Assembly (NCBI GenBank): GCA_030390025.1
Contig: CM059432.1
Coordinates: forward strand, 78,370,001 to 78,434,000
Direction of reading: 5' to 3'
DNA from: Squalus acanthias
Taxonomy: Eukaryota
DNA: 64,000 nt
Under the pieces are notes generated by a model. That model had not been told where the DNA came from and did not search any database. It saw nothing but the letters and a program-made list of their open reading frames with translations. Both the position numbers and the translations under genes were made by a program. Shown here in pieces: positions 8,980-21,149 of this stretch. Positions within the stretch are counted from its first letter, which is position 1; the number at the start of each line of letters is the position of its first letter.

Positions 8980-11900
8980 ATGATATAATTTGGATTACGG
9001 AGACATGGCTCCAGGGTGACCAAGGCTGGGAATTCAACATCCAGGGGTATTCAATATTCAGGAAAGACAGGCAAAAAGGAAAAAGAAGTGGGCTAGCATT
9101 GCTGGTTAAAGAGGAGATTAACACAACAGTAAGGAAGGATATTAGCTCTGATGATGTGGAATCTGTATGGGTAGAGCTGAGAAATACCAAGGGGCAGAAA
9201 ACGTTCGTGGGAGTTGTATACAGACCCCCAAACAGTAATGCTGAGGTTGGGGATGGCATTAAATGGGAAATTAGAGATGCGTGCTAAAAGGGCACAGCAG
9301 TTATCATGGGTGACTTTAATCTACATATAGATTGGGCTAACCAAATTAGTAACAATACTGTGGAGGAGGAATTCCTAGAGTGGATACGGGATGGTTTCCT
9401 GGACCAATATGTCGAGGAACCAACTAGAGATCAGGCCATCTTAGACTGGGTATTATGTAATGAGAAAGGATTAATTAGCAATCTTGTTGTGCGAGGCCCC
9501 TTTGGGAGGAGTGATCATAATATGATAGAATTCTTCATTAAGATGGAGAGTGAAGTAGTTGACTCAGAGACTAGGGTCCTGAATTTAAATAAAGGAAACT
9601 ACGATGGTATGAGGCGCGAGTTGGCTAGGATGGATTGGGGAACGTTACTTAAAGGGTTGACGGTGGGTAGGCAATGGCAAACATTTAAAGATCGCATGGA
9701 TGAACTACAGAATTTGTTCATCCCTGTTTGCCATAAAAATAAAACAAAAAAGGTGACTCAACCGTGGCTAACAAGGGAAATTAGGGATAGCATAAGATCC
9801 AAGGTGAGGACATATAAATTGGCCAGAAAAAGCAGCAAACCTGAGGATTGGGAGCAGTTTAGGATTCAGCAAAGGAGGACAAAGGGATTACTTAAGAGGG
9901 GGCAAATAGAGTATGAGAGTAAGCTTGCAGGGAACATAAAAACTGACTGTAAAAGCTTCTATAGATATGTGAAGAGAAAAAGATTGGTGAAGTCAATCGT
10001 AGGTCCCTTGCAGTCAGAATCAGGGGAATTTATAATGGGGAACAAAGAAATGGCAGACCAATTAAATACATACTTTGGTTCTGTCTTCACAAAGGAGGAC
10101 ACAAATAACCTCCCAGAGGTGTCGGGAGCATAGGGTCTAATGAGAGGGAGGAACTGAATGAAATCAGTATTTGTAGGGAAATGGTGTTAGGGAAATTGAC
10201 GGGATTGAAGGCCGATAAATCCCCAGGGCCTGATAATCTACATCCTAGGGTACTTAAGGAAGTGGCCCTAGAAATAGTAGATGCATTGCTGGTGATCTTC
10301 CAAAATTCTATAGACTCTGGAATAGTTCCCATGGATTGGAGGGTAGCTAATGTACCCCCACTATTTAAAAAAGGTGGTAGAGAGAAAACGGGGAATTATA
10401 GACCAGTAAGCCTGACATCGGTAGTGGGGAAAATGCTAGAGTCCATTATAAAAGATGTAATAGCAGAGCACTTGGAAAACAGTGACAGGATTAGACAAAG
10501 TCAACATGGATTTACAAAAGGTAAATCATGCATGACTAATCTACTGGAATTTTTTGAGGATGTAACTGGTAGAATAGATAAGGGAGAACCAGTGGATGTG
10601 GTGTATTTGGACTTTCAGAATGCTTTCGATAAGGTCCTGCATAAGAGATTAGCTTGCAAAGTTAAAGCACATGGGATTGGGGGTAAGGTACTGACTTGGA
10701 CAGAGAACTGGTTGGCAGACAGAAAGCAAAGAGTTGGAATAAATGGGTCTTTTTCCGAGTGGCAGGCAGTGACTAGTGGGGTACCGCAGGGATCGGTGCT
10801 AGGACCCCAGCTATTCACAATATATATTCATGATCTAGATGAGGGAACTAGATGTAATGGCCCAAAAATTAGTGCCGCTACGCGAGAGTATGCACTGCGT
10901 ACTCTCGCGTATTCTGTCTCCAATTGCCGGTTTTCTGCATGCACTGCGCATGCGCTGAAAACCGGCACTTGGTGAATGGAAAAGGGGGCGGGTCCTAGGT
11001 GAACCGCGTGCGCGCTACAGGCTGCGCGCACGCTGTGCACTTAGTGGTTTCAACGTGCAGGTAAGTACGGAAGATTCTACACATAAAAAAAGGAGGAGTA
11101 AGACCCACTTTTAACAAGGTAAGTAGTGAATTAAGTATTATTTTGAATTTTTTTTAACAGGTATATCTTTTTTTAGAGACTTTAAAGACAGGTAAGTTTA
11201 TTTTTATAACTTTTTAAAAGATTTTAAATTTTTTCAAAAATTTAATTTTTTATTTAAAATGGTTAATTTATTTAACTATACTTATTTTATTAATGTGATG
11301 GTTTTTTTTAAATTTAATTGAGGTTTAGTGGTTCTTTTGGGGGCTATAGTATTCATAACTTTCACAGCACTTATGTGAAAGTTATGAATGGAAGATGGTG
11401 TGCTGCCATTGGCTCTAACTGAGTCACGTGATCCCACAGCTCGCACGAATTAACTACGCCGGTGGGATACGCAAGCCCAGCACAGCAGCTGTCCAGAACA
11501 TCAAGTTCGTGCGAGCTGGAACTGAAAAAGCCAACGCGCAGTGAGAGATCGCGTAGAAGCCTTACCCTCGCACGAAGGCTTCCTCACGAATTTTTGGGCC
11601 ATTATCTCCAAGTTTGCAGACTACACAAAGCGGGGTGGGCATGTGTGCTGTGAGGAGGATGCAGAGAAACTCCAGTATGATTTGGACAGGTTGGGTGATT
11701 GTGCAGATGCATGGCAGATGCAGTATAATGTGGATAAATGCGAGGTTATCCACTTTGGTGGCAAAAACAGGAAGGCAGATTATTATCTGAACGGCAATAG
11801 ATTGGGAAAAGGGGAAGCGCAACGAGATCTGGGTGTCCTTGTGCACCAGTTGCTGAAGGTAAGCATGCAGGTGCAGCAGGCGGTTAAGAAGGCAAATGGT

Positions 11901-12554
11901 ATGTTGGCCTTCATAGCGAGAGGATTCGAGTACAGGAGCAAGGATGTCTTGCTGCAGTTGTACAGGGCCTTGGTGAGACCACGCCTTGAGTATCGTGTGC
12001 AGTTTTGGTCACCTTATCTGAGGAAGGATGTTCTTGCCATGGAGGGAATGCAGCGAAGATTCACCAGACTGATACCTGGGATGGCAGGAATGACGTATGA
12101 AGAGAGATTGGGTCGATTAGGCTTCTATTTGCTAGAGTTTAGAAGAATGAGAGGGGATCTCATTGAAACTTATAAAATTCTAACAGGACTAGACAGACTA
12201 GATGCAGGAAGGATGTTCCCGATGGCGGGGGAGTCCAGAACCAGGGGTCACTGTCTAAGGATAAGGGGTAAACCATTTCGGACTGAGATGAGGAGGAATT
12301 TCTTCACCCAGAGAGTGGTGAAACTGTGGAATTCTGTACCACAGAAGGCAGTAGAGGCCAATTCATTAAATGTATTCAAGAAGGACGTAAATATATTTCT
12401 TAAGGCTAAAGGTATCAAGTGATATGGGGAGAAAGCAGGGACAGGGTACTGAATTTGGATGATCAGCCATGATCTCATTAAATGGCGGAACAGGCTCGAG
12501 GGGCCGAATGGCCTACTCCTGCTCCTATCTTCTATGTTTCTATTTTTCTATGTT
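8980..12554 (+). mobile_element. CR1 LINE, 5'-truncated within the endonuclease, disrupted ORF2
   Basis: APE motifs (ITETW, VYRPP, GDFN, SDH); RT motifs ([21 protein letters not shown]); stops and a frameshift; (TTCTATGT)n tail; MITE inserted. Confidence 0.97.
10859..11600. mobile_element. PIF/Harbinger-type MITE (742 bp) inside CR1 RT
   Basis: TIR GGCCCAAAAATT/AATTTTTGGGCC; 3-bp flanks AAT/ATT; the empty site GATGTAATATCTCC is seen in a sibling CR1 at ~20726-20739. Confidence 0.9.
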
Positions 12555-15500
12555 TGGGATCAGGTGGGATTGGAGATGTTTGGGGTTGGAGTGGGATTGG
12601 AGATGTTTAGGTTCGGGGAGTGATTGGTGATGTTTGGGGTCGGGGTGGGATTGGAGATATTTTGGGTTCTGGTGGAATTGCAGATGTTTGGGGTCGGGGT
12701 GGGATTGGAGATGTTTGGGGCTGGGGTAGAATTGGAGATGTTTGGGGCCAGGGTGGAATTGGAGATGTTTGGGGTTGGGGTGAGATTGGAGATGTTTGGG
12801 TCGGGGTGGGATTGGAGATGTTTGGGGTTGGGGTGGGATTGGAGATGTTTGGGGCCGGGGTGGGATTGGAGATGTTTGGAGTTGGGGTGGAATTGGAGAT
12901 GTTTGGGGCTGGGGTGGGATTGGAGATGTTTGGAGTTGGGGTGGAATTGGAGATGTTTGGGTCGGGGGGATTGGAGATGTTTGGGGTCGGGGTGGGATTG
13001 GAGATGTTCGGGGCCGGAGTGGGATTGGAGATGTTTGAAGTTGGGGTGGAATTTGAGATGTTTGGGTCTGGGGGGATTGGAGATGTTTGGGGTCGGGGTG
13101 GGATTGGAGATGTTCGGGGCCGGAGTGGGATTGGAGATGTTTGGAGTTGGGGTGGAATTGGAGATGTTTGGGTCTGGGGGGATTGGAGATGTTTGGAGTT
13201 GGGGTGGAATTGGAGATGTTTGGGTCTGGGGGGATTGGAGATGTTTGGGGTCGGGGTGGGATTGGAGATGTTCGGGGTCGGGGTGAAATTGGAGATGTTT
13301 GGGGCCAGGGTGAGATTAGAGATGTTTGGGGCCAGGGTGGGATTAGAGATGTTTGGGGCCAGGGTGGGATTGGAGATGTTTGGGATCGGGGTGGGATTGG
13401 AGATGTTTGGGGCCAGGGTGGGATTGGAGATGTTTGGGGTCGGGGTGGGATTGGAGATATTTGGGGTTTGGGGTGGAATTGGAGATGTTTGGGGTCGGGG
13501 TGGAATTGGAGATGTTTGGGGTCGGGGTGGGATTGGTGATGTTTGGGGTCGGGGTGGGATTGGTGATGTTTGGGGTCGGGGTGGAATTGGAGATGTTTGG
13601 GGTCGGGGTGGGATTGGAGATGTTTGGGGTTGGGGTGAGATTGGAGATGTTTGGGGCCGGGGTGGGATTGGAGATGTTTGGAGTTGGGGTGGAACTGGTG
13701 ATGTTTGGAGTTGGGGTGGAACTGGTGATGTTTGGAGTTGGGGTGGAACTGGTGATGTTTGGGTCTGGGGGGTTGGAGATGTTTGGGGCCAGGTGGGATT
13801 GGAGATGTTTGGGGTCGGGGTGAGATTGGAGATGATTGGGGTCGGGGTGGGATTGGATATGTTTGGGGTCGGGGTGGGTTTGGAGATGTTTGGGGTCGCG
13901 GTGGGATTGGAGATGTTTGGGGTCGGGGTGGGATTGGAGATGTTTGCGGTCGGGGTGGGATTGGAGATGTTTGGGGTCGGGGTGGGATTGGATATGTTTG
14001 GGGTTGGGGTGGGATTGGAGATGTTTGGGTTGGGGTGAGATTGCAGATGTTTGGGGTCGGGATGGGATTGGAGATGTTTGGGGTCGGGGTGGGATTGGTG
14101 ATGTTTGGGGTCGGGGTGGGATTGGAGATGTTTGGGGTTGGGGTGGGATTGGAGATGTTTGGGGTTGGGGTGGGATTGGAGATGTTTGGGTTGGGGTGGG
14201 ATTGGAGATGTTTGGGGTTTGGGGTGGGTTTGGAGATGTTTGGGGTCGCGGTGGGATTGGAGATGTTTGGGGTCGGGGTGGGATTGGAGATGTTTGGGGT
14301 CGGGGTGGAATTGGAGATGTTTGGGGTCGGGGTGGGATTGGATATGTTTGGGGTCGGGGTGGGATTGGATATGTTTGGGGTCGGGATGGGATTGGAGATG
14401 TTTGGGGTCGGGATGGGATTGGAGATGTTTGGGGTCTTGGTGGGATTGGAGATGATTGGGGTCGGGGTGGGATTGGAGATGTTTGCGGTCGGGGTGGGAT
14501 TGGAGATGTTTGGGGTCGGGGTGGGATTGGATATGTTTGGGGTCGGGATGGGATTGGAGATGTTTGGGGTCTTGGTGGGATTGGAGATGATTGGGGTCGG
14601 GGTGGGATTGGAGATGTTTGCGGTCGGGGTGGGATTGGAGATGTTTGGGGTCGGGGTGAGATTGGAGATGATTGGGGTCGGGGTGGGATTGGATATGTTT
14701 GGGGTCGGGGTGGGATTGGATATGTTTGGGGTCGGGATGGGATTGGAGATGTTTGGGGTCTGGGTGGGATTGGAGATGATTGGGGTCGGAGTGGGATTGG
14801 AGATGTTTGGGGTCTGGGTGGGATTGGAGATGATTGGGGTCGGAGTGGGATTGGAGATGTTTGTGGTTGGGGTGGGATTGGAGATGTTTGGGGTGAGGGA
14901 GTGATTGGAGATGTTTGGCGTCGGGGTGGGATTGGAGATGTTTGGGGTGAGGGAGTGATTGGAGATGTTTGGGGTCGGGGTGAGATTGGAGATGTTTGGG
15001 GTCGGGCTGTGATTGGTGATGTTTGGGGTTGGGGTGGGATTGGAGATGTTTGGGGTCGGAGTGGGATTGGAGATGATTGGGGTCGGAGTGGGATTGGAGA
15101 TGTTTGGGGTCTGGGTGGGATTGGAGATGATTGGGGTCGGAGTGGGATTGGAGATGTTTGGGGTCTGGGTGGGATTGGAGATGATTGGGGTCGAGTGGGA
15201 TTGGAGATGTTTGTGGTTGGGGTGGGATTGGAGATGTTTGGGATCAGTGTGGGATTGGAGATGTTTGGGGTCAGAGTGTGATTGGAGATGTTTGGGGTTG
15301 GGGTGGGATTGGAGATGTTTGGGGTTGGGAAGTGATTGGAGATGTTTGGGGTCGGGGTGGGATTGGAGATGTTTGGGGTTGGGAAGTGATTGGAGATGTT
15401 TGGGGTTGGGGAGTGATTGGAGATGTTTGGGGTCGGGGTGGGATTGGAGATGTTTGGGGTTGGGGTGAGATTGGAGATGTCTGGGGTCGGGGAGTGATTG

Positions 15501-17025
15501 GAGATGTTTGGGGTTGGGGTGGAATTGGAGATGTTTGGGGTCGGGGTGGGATTGGAGATGTTTGGGTTTGCGGTGGGATTGGAGATGTTTGGGTTTGCGG
15601 TGGGATTGGAGATGTTTGGGGCTGGGGTGGGTTTGGAGATGTTTGAGTCAGGGTGGGATTGGAGATGTTTGGGTTTGCGGTGGGATTGGAGATGTTTGGG
15701 GTCGGGGTGGGATTGGAGATGTTTGGGTTGGGGGGGGTGATTGGAGATGTTTGGGTTTGCGGTGGGATTGGAGATGTTTGGGGTCGGGGTGGGATTGGAG
15801 ATGTTTGGGTTGGGGGAGATTGGAGATGTTTGGGTTGGTGGGGATTGGAGATGTTTGGGTTTGCGGTGGGATTGGAGATATCTGGGGTTGGGGTGAGATT
15901 GGAGATGTTTGTGGTTGGGGTGGATTGGAGATGTTTGGGGTCGGGGTGGGATTGGAGATGTTTGGGGTCGGGGTGGGATTGGAGATGTTTGGGGTCGGGG
16001 TGGGATTGGAGATGTTTGGGGTCGGGGTGGGATTGGAGATGTTTGGGGTCGGGGTGGGATTGGAGATGTTTGGGGTCGGGGTGGGATTGGAGATGTTTGG
16101 GGTCGGGGTGGGATTGGTGATGTTTGGGGTCGGGGTGGGATTGGAGATGTTTGGGGTTGGGGGAGATTGGAGATGTTTGGGTCGGTGGGATTGGAGATGT
16201 TTGGGGTCGGGGTGGGATTGGAGATGTTTGTGGTTGGTGGGGATTGGAGATGTTTGGGTTGGGGTGGGATTGGAGATGTTTGGGGTCGGGGTGGGATTGG
16301 AGATGTTTGGGGTCGGGGTGGGATTGGAGATGTTTGGGGTCGGGGTGGGATTGGAGATGTTTGGGGTCGGGGTGGGATTGGAGATGTTTGGGGTCGGGGT
16401 GGGATTGGATATGTTTGGGGTCGGGGTGGGATTGGAGATGTTTGGGGTTGGGGTGGGATTGGAGATGTTTGGGGTCGGGGTGGGATTGGAGATGTTTGGG
16501 GTCGGGGTGGGATTGGAGATGTTTGGGGTCGGGGTGGGATTGGAGATGTTTGGGGTCGGGGTGGGATTGGTGATGTTTGGGGTCGGGGTGGGATTGGAGA
16601 TGTTTGGGGTCGGGGTGGGATTGGTGATGTTTGGGGTCGGGGTGGGATTGGTGATGTTTGGGGTCGGGGTGGGATTGGAGATGTTTGGGGTCGGGGTGGG
16701 ATTGGTGATGTTTGGGGTCGGGGTGGGATTGGAGATGTTTGGGGTCGGGGTGGGATTGGAGATGTTTGGGGTCGGGGTGGGATTGGTGATGTTTGGGTCG
16801 GTGGGATTGGAGATGTTTGGGTTGGGGTGGGATTGGAGATGATTGGGGTCGGGGTGGGATTGGAGATGTTTGGGTCGGTGGGGATTGGTGATGTTTGGGT
16901 CGGTGGGATTGGAGATGTTTGGGGTCGGGGTGGGATTGGAGATGTTTGGGGTTGGGGCGGGATCGGAGATGTTTGGGTCGGTGGGGATTGGAGATGTTTG
17001 AGGTCGGGGTGGGATTGGAGATGAG
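12555..17025. repeat. 27-bp G-rich minisatellite, right part
   Basis: Same unit as 6600-8979; most homogeneous at ~15930-16790. Confidence 0.98.
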
Positions 17026-17771
17026 TTTAAGAGCCGTCCGAAATGCTGAATAATATAAACCAGCCTCATCTCCTTGACGAAAATTCCTCTTGAATTAAGC
17101 AGCGCGTCGTTGGCTCATTCCTTTCGATTGATCCCGAAGCCACTTGGTTCCATGTTTCTTGCACGTTTTAAGAAAATATTTGCATCGAGACAATTACCTG
17201 ATATGGGGAGGTGGACTGCAGCTGAAAGGTTTTGTGCAAAAGGGAATTTATATTTTTAATCCAATGTACATCCCAAAACAAGGAATTTACTGTCATATTT
17301 TGTGAATCAGTATGTTCCTGCACGGGTTTAAAGACGAGGAAACCTGCCTCCGACGACCACCTCTGACAAAGACACCAAGTGGTCTCCTCATACCCAGTTT
17401 GACGCAGATATCTTGGAGGATCACTCAAAGGTTTAATTGAACTCTGCTCGACTGATACTACAGAGTAAGAAATTACCTTCTGTATATTTTTGAATCGTGG
17501 CGTTTCTCCTTTTTAGCGGCGAGCAAATTCCAACACAATACTGCCTTTTGATCAGTTGTGCTGTGAATCTGGCTCACATGCATTTCTGAAGGTTTATTTG
17601 AAGCGTGAATCTATCCGAACATTCACTATGGAGGATTCAAGTGTTACATATAACATTTTGAGCATAGTTGTAGAGATAGGAATTGGAGCATGAATCTGTT
17701 TTCGTATCAACCAAACACCCGGGTTTATATCACGTGAAAGAGTTTTATGATTTTCTCAATAACTTTTTCCT

Positions 17772-17945
17772 GTTTAAGGGAATTGGATAAGTACCTGAAG
17801 GAAAAAAATTGCAGGGCTACGGAAAGGGCAGGGGAGTGGGACTAGCTGAAGTGCTCTTGCAGAGAGACGGCACGGGCTGGACAGGTCGAATGGCCTCCTT
17901 CTGTGCTGTAATCAGTTAATGATTCTATGATTCTATTCTATGTTT
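17772..17945 (+). mobile_element. CR1 3' end fragment
   Basis: FKG.LDKYLKE remnant, CR1 3'UTR hairpin and ATTCTATG tail. Confidence 0.85.
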
Positions 17946-18297
17946 ATGATTTTTACTATTTTCCAATACATAGTTTTATATAGAACAATTTGCACATTTC
18001 CCATTAATAATTGCCAAGTTGTGGCCGAATCTTCCGTGTTGCATATATCTGATACACTTTCTAATGACGTCCGGAAAAGATGAGTCGCTCCCTGGCACTT
18101 TATTAATGATGAGGGAAGTGCTGCTCACAACTGGAAACGCACGGGTGTCGTACGGTAGTAATGCGCATTGGAGCTAGAACACTGTAGCACGGATTTCTGG
18201 TACGAGGCACGCTCAGATGGAAAACAGTCCGATGGAAGCTGTTGAAATTCCCTGTTAGGGGGGAGAGCAAATTGCATGGGATGTTTTCAGCTGGTTG

Positions 18298-20980
18298 CTA
18301 CATAGAAACATAGGAACAGGAGTTGGCCATTTAGGCCCTCTAGCCTGTTAGGCCATTCAATTAGACCATGGCTGATCTGTATCTTAACTCCATTTACCTG
18401 CCTTGGTTCAGTTACCCTTGCACAAAAAAAATCCGATCAATCTCAGTTTTGAAATTTTCAAGTGATCTAGCCGCAACAGCTTTTTGGGGGCGAGAGTTCC
18501 AGATTTCCACAACCCTTTGTGTGAAGAAGTGCTTTCTGACATCACCCTGAACAGCCTAGCTCTAATTTTAAGATTATGCCCTCTTGTTCTGGACTCTCCC
18601 ACCAGAGGAAACAGTTTCTCTCTATCTACCCTATCAAATCCCTTAATCATCTTAAACACTTCAATTAGATCACCCCTTAATATTCTGTATACAAGGAAAT
18701 ACAAGCTTAGTCTATGCAACCTGTCCTCGTAATTTAATCCTTTTAGTCCCAGTATCATTCTGGTGAATCTGCACCCCCTCCACATCCTTCCTGATATGCA
18801 GTGCCCAGAACTGAACGTCGTACTCTAAATGGGGTCTAACCAGAGCTTTATATAACTGTAACATAACTTCCACCCCTTTGAATTCCAGCCCCCTTGAGAT
18901 AAAGGCCAACATTCCATTAGCTTTTTAAATTATTTTTTGTACCTGTCCACTAGATTTTAGTGATTTCTTTACTTGGACCCCTAAATCTCTCTGCTCATCC
19001 GCAGTTCCTAACTTCTCGTCATTTAGAAAATCTTTCTTAGGTTCAAAGTGGATGACCTCACACTTTCCCATGTTGAACTCCATCTGCCATAGTTCCGCCC
19101 AGTCACTTAATCTATCAGTGTCCCTTTGCAATTTTCTGCTCCAATCTACACTATTTACTGTGCCACCTAACTTACTGTTGTCAGCAAACTTAGATATACG
19201 GCTCTCTATTCCTTCATCCAAGTAATTTATAAATATAGTGTAAAGCTGTGTCCCCAGTACAGTTCCCTGGGAGACACCACTAGTCACATCCTGCCAATTT
19301 GAGTACATACACGTTATCCCTTCTCTCTGTCTCCTACCTCCAAACCAATTCCCTATCCAAGCCAATAGATTGCCTCCAATTCCATGCACTCTCATTTTGT
19401 TAACAATCTCTTATGTGGAACCTTGTTGAATGCCTTCTGAAAGTCCATATAAATAACATCCATAGACACTCTTTATCTATCATGTTAGTTACCTCCTCAA
19501 AAAATTCAACTAGGTTTGTTAGGCATAATTTACCCATTACAAATCCATGCTGGCTCTCTCTGATCAGCTCATATTTGTCCAAATTCTCAGTCACTTTGTC
19601 CCTAATGTCAGATTGTAGTAACTTCTCCACAATTGATGTCAGACTAATAGACCGATAATTTCCTAGTTTATCTCTCTTGCCCTTCTTAAATAGTGGAGTG
19701 ATATAGACAATTTTCCAATCTAAGTGGACAATTCCTCAATTGAGAACTTTTTGGAAGATCATGACTTAAGCATCAACAATTTCTTACATAGAAACATAGA
19801 AGCATAGAAGATAGGAGCAGGAGTAGGCCATTCGACCCCTCGAGCCTGCTCCGCCATTCAATGAGATCATGGCTGATCATCCAAACTCAGTACCCTGTCC
19901 CTGCCTTCTCCCCATATCCCTTGATACCGTTAGCCTTAAGAAATATATCTAACTCCTTCTTGAACATATTACTGACTTGGCCTCAACTGCCTTCTGTGGT
20001 AGAGAATTCCACAGGTTCACCACTCTCTGGGTGAAGAAATTCCTCCTCATCTCGGTCCTAAATGGCTTACCCCTTATCTTTAGACTGTGACCTCTTGTTC
20101 TGGACTCACCCGCCATTGGGAACATCCTTCCTGCATCCAGTCTGTCTAGCCCTAGAATTTTATAAGTTTCAATGAGTTTTCCTCTCATTCTTCTAAACTC
20201 CAGCGAGTATAAGCCCAATCGACCCAATCGCTCCTCGTATGTCATTCCTGCCATCCCAGGTATCAGTCTGGTGAATCTTCGCTGCACACCCTCCATGGCA
20301 AGAACATCCTTCCTCAGATAAGGCGACCAAAACTGCACACAATACTCAAGGTGTGGTCTCACCAAGGCCCTGTACAGCTGCAGCAAGACATCCTTGTTCC
20401 TGTACTCAAACCCTCTCGCTACGAAGGCCAACATACCATTTGCCTTCTTAACCGCCTGCTGTACCTGCATGCTTACCTTCAGCGACTGGTGCACAAGGAC
20501 ACCCAGGTCTCATTGCACTTCCCCTTCTTCCAATCTATTGCTGTTCAGATAATAATCTGCCTTTCTGTTTTTGCCACCAAAGTGGATAACCTCGCATTTA
20601 TCCACATTATACTGCATCTGCCATGCTTCTGCCCAATCACCCAACCTGTCCAAATCATACTGGAGTTTCTCGGCATCCTCCTCGCAGCACACATGCCCAC
20701 CCAGCTTTGTGTCATCTGCAAACTTGGAGATATTACATCTAGTTCTTTTAATACCCTGGGGTGGAAACCATCGGGTCCTGGAGATTTGTCTATCTTTAAT
20801 AACAATAGTTTCTCCATCACCATGTTTTTACTTCTATTGAATCTAGTTAGTTCCTTTCCTTGATTTAATTTTAGTTTTCCTTGTATCTCTGGTATTTTAT
20901 CCTCAGCCTCTACTATGAAGACCGATACAAAGTAACTATTTAGTAAGTCTGCCATTTCCTAATTTCCAATTATAAGATTA
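18298..20980 (-). mobile_element. Degraded CR1 LINE ORF2 with nested younger CR1
   Basis: Several minus-strand ORF pieces with RT motifs (KSPGPDGFHPRVLKE, SQHGF, KFADN, VRPHLEY); tail at ~18298-18315. Confidence 0.93.
19786..20745 (-). mobile_element. Young 5'-truncated CR1, same family as 8980-12554
   Basis: Near-identical ORF2 C-terminus and 3'UTR; (TTCTATGT)-type tail at ~19786-19810. Confidence 0.93.
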
Positions 20981-21149
20981 GATGTTCAATACTACAGTGC
21001 TCAAAGATGGCAATGGCAGAGGTCCAAAATAAAGTCCCCCAAAAAGCTGGGACTTGGAATTGTATGAGGAGGAGACTGCCCTTCATTGGATAGTACCCTT
21101 AACTAATCAAAGAAAAATGTTACACAGGGCCAACCTGGGCCACCTGTAC

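Noticed and set aside
6523..17069. Long Gly/Trp/Val- or Pro/Thr/Asn-rich ORFs
   Set aside because: Artefacts of a 27-bp stop-poor tandem repeat; open in several frames, with no gene structure
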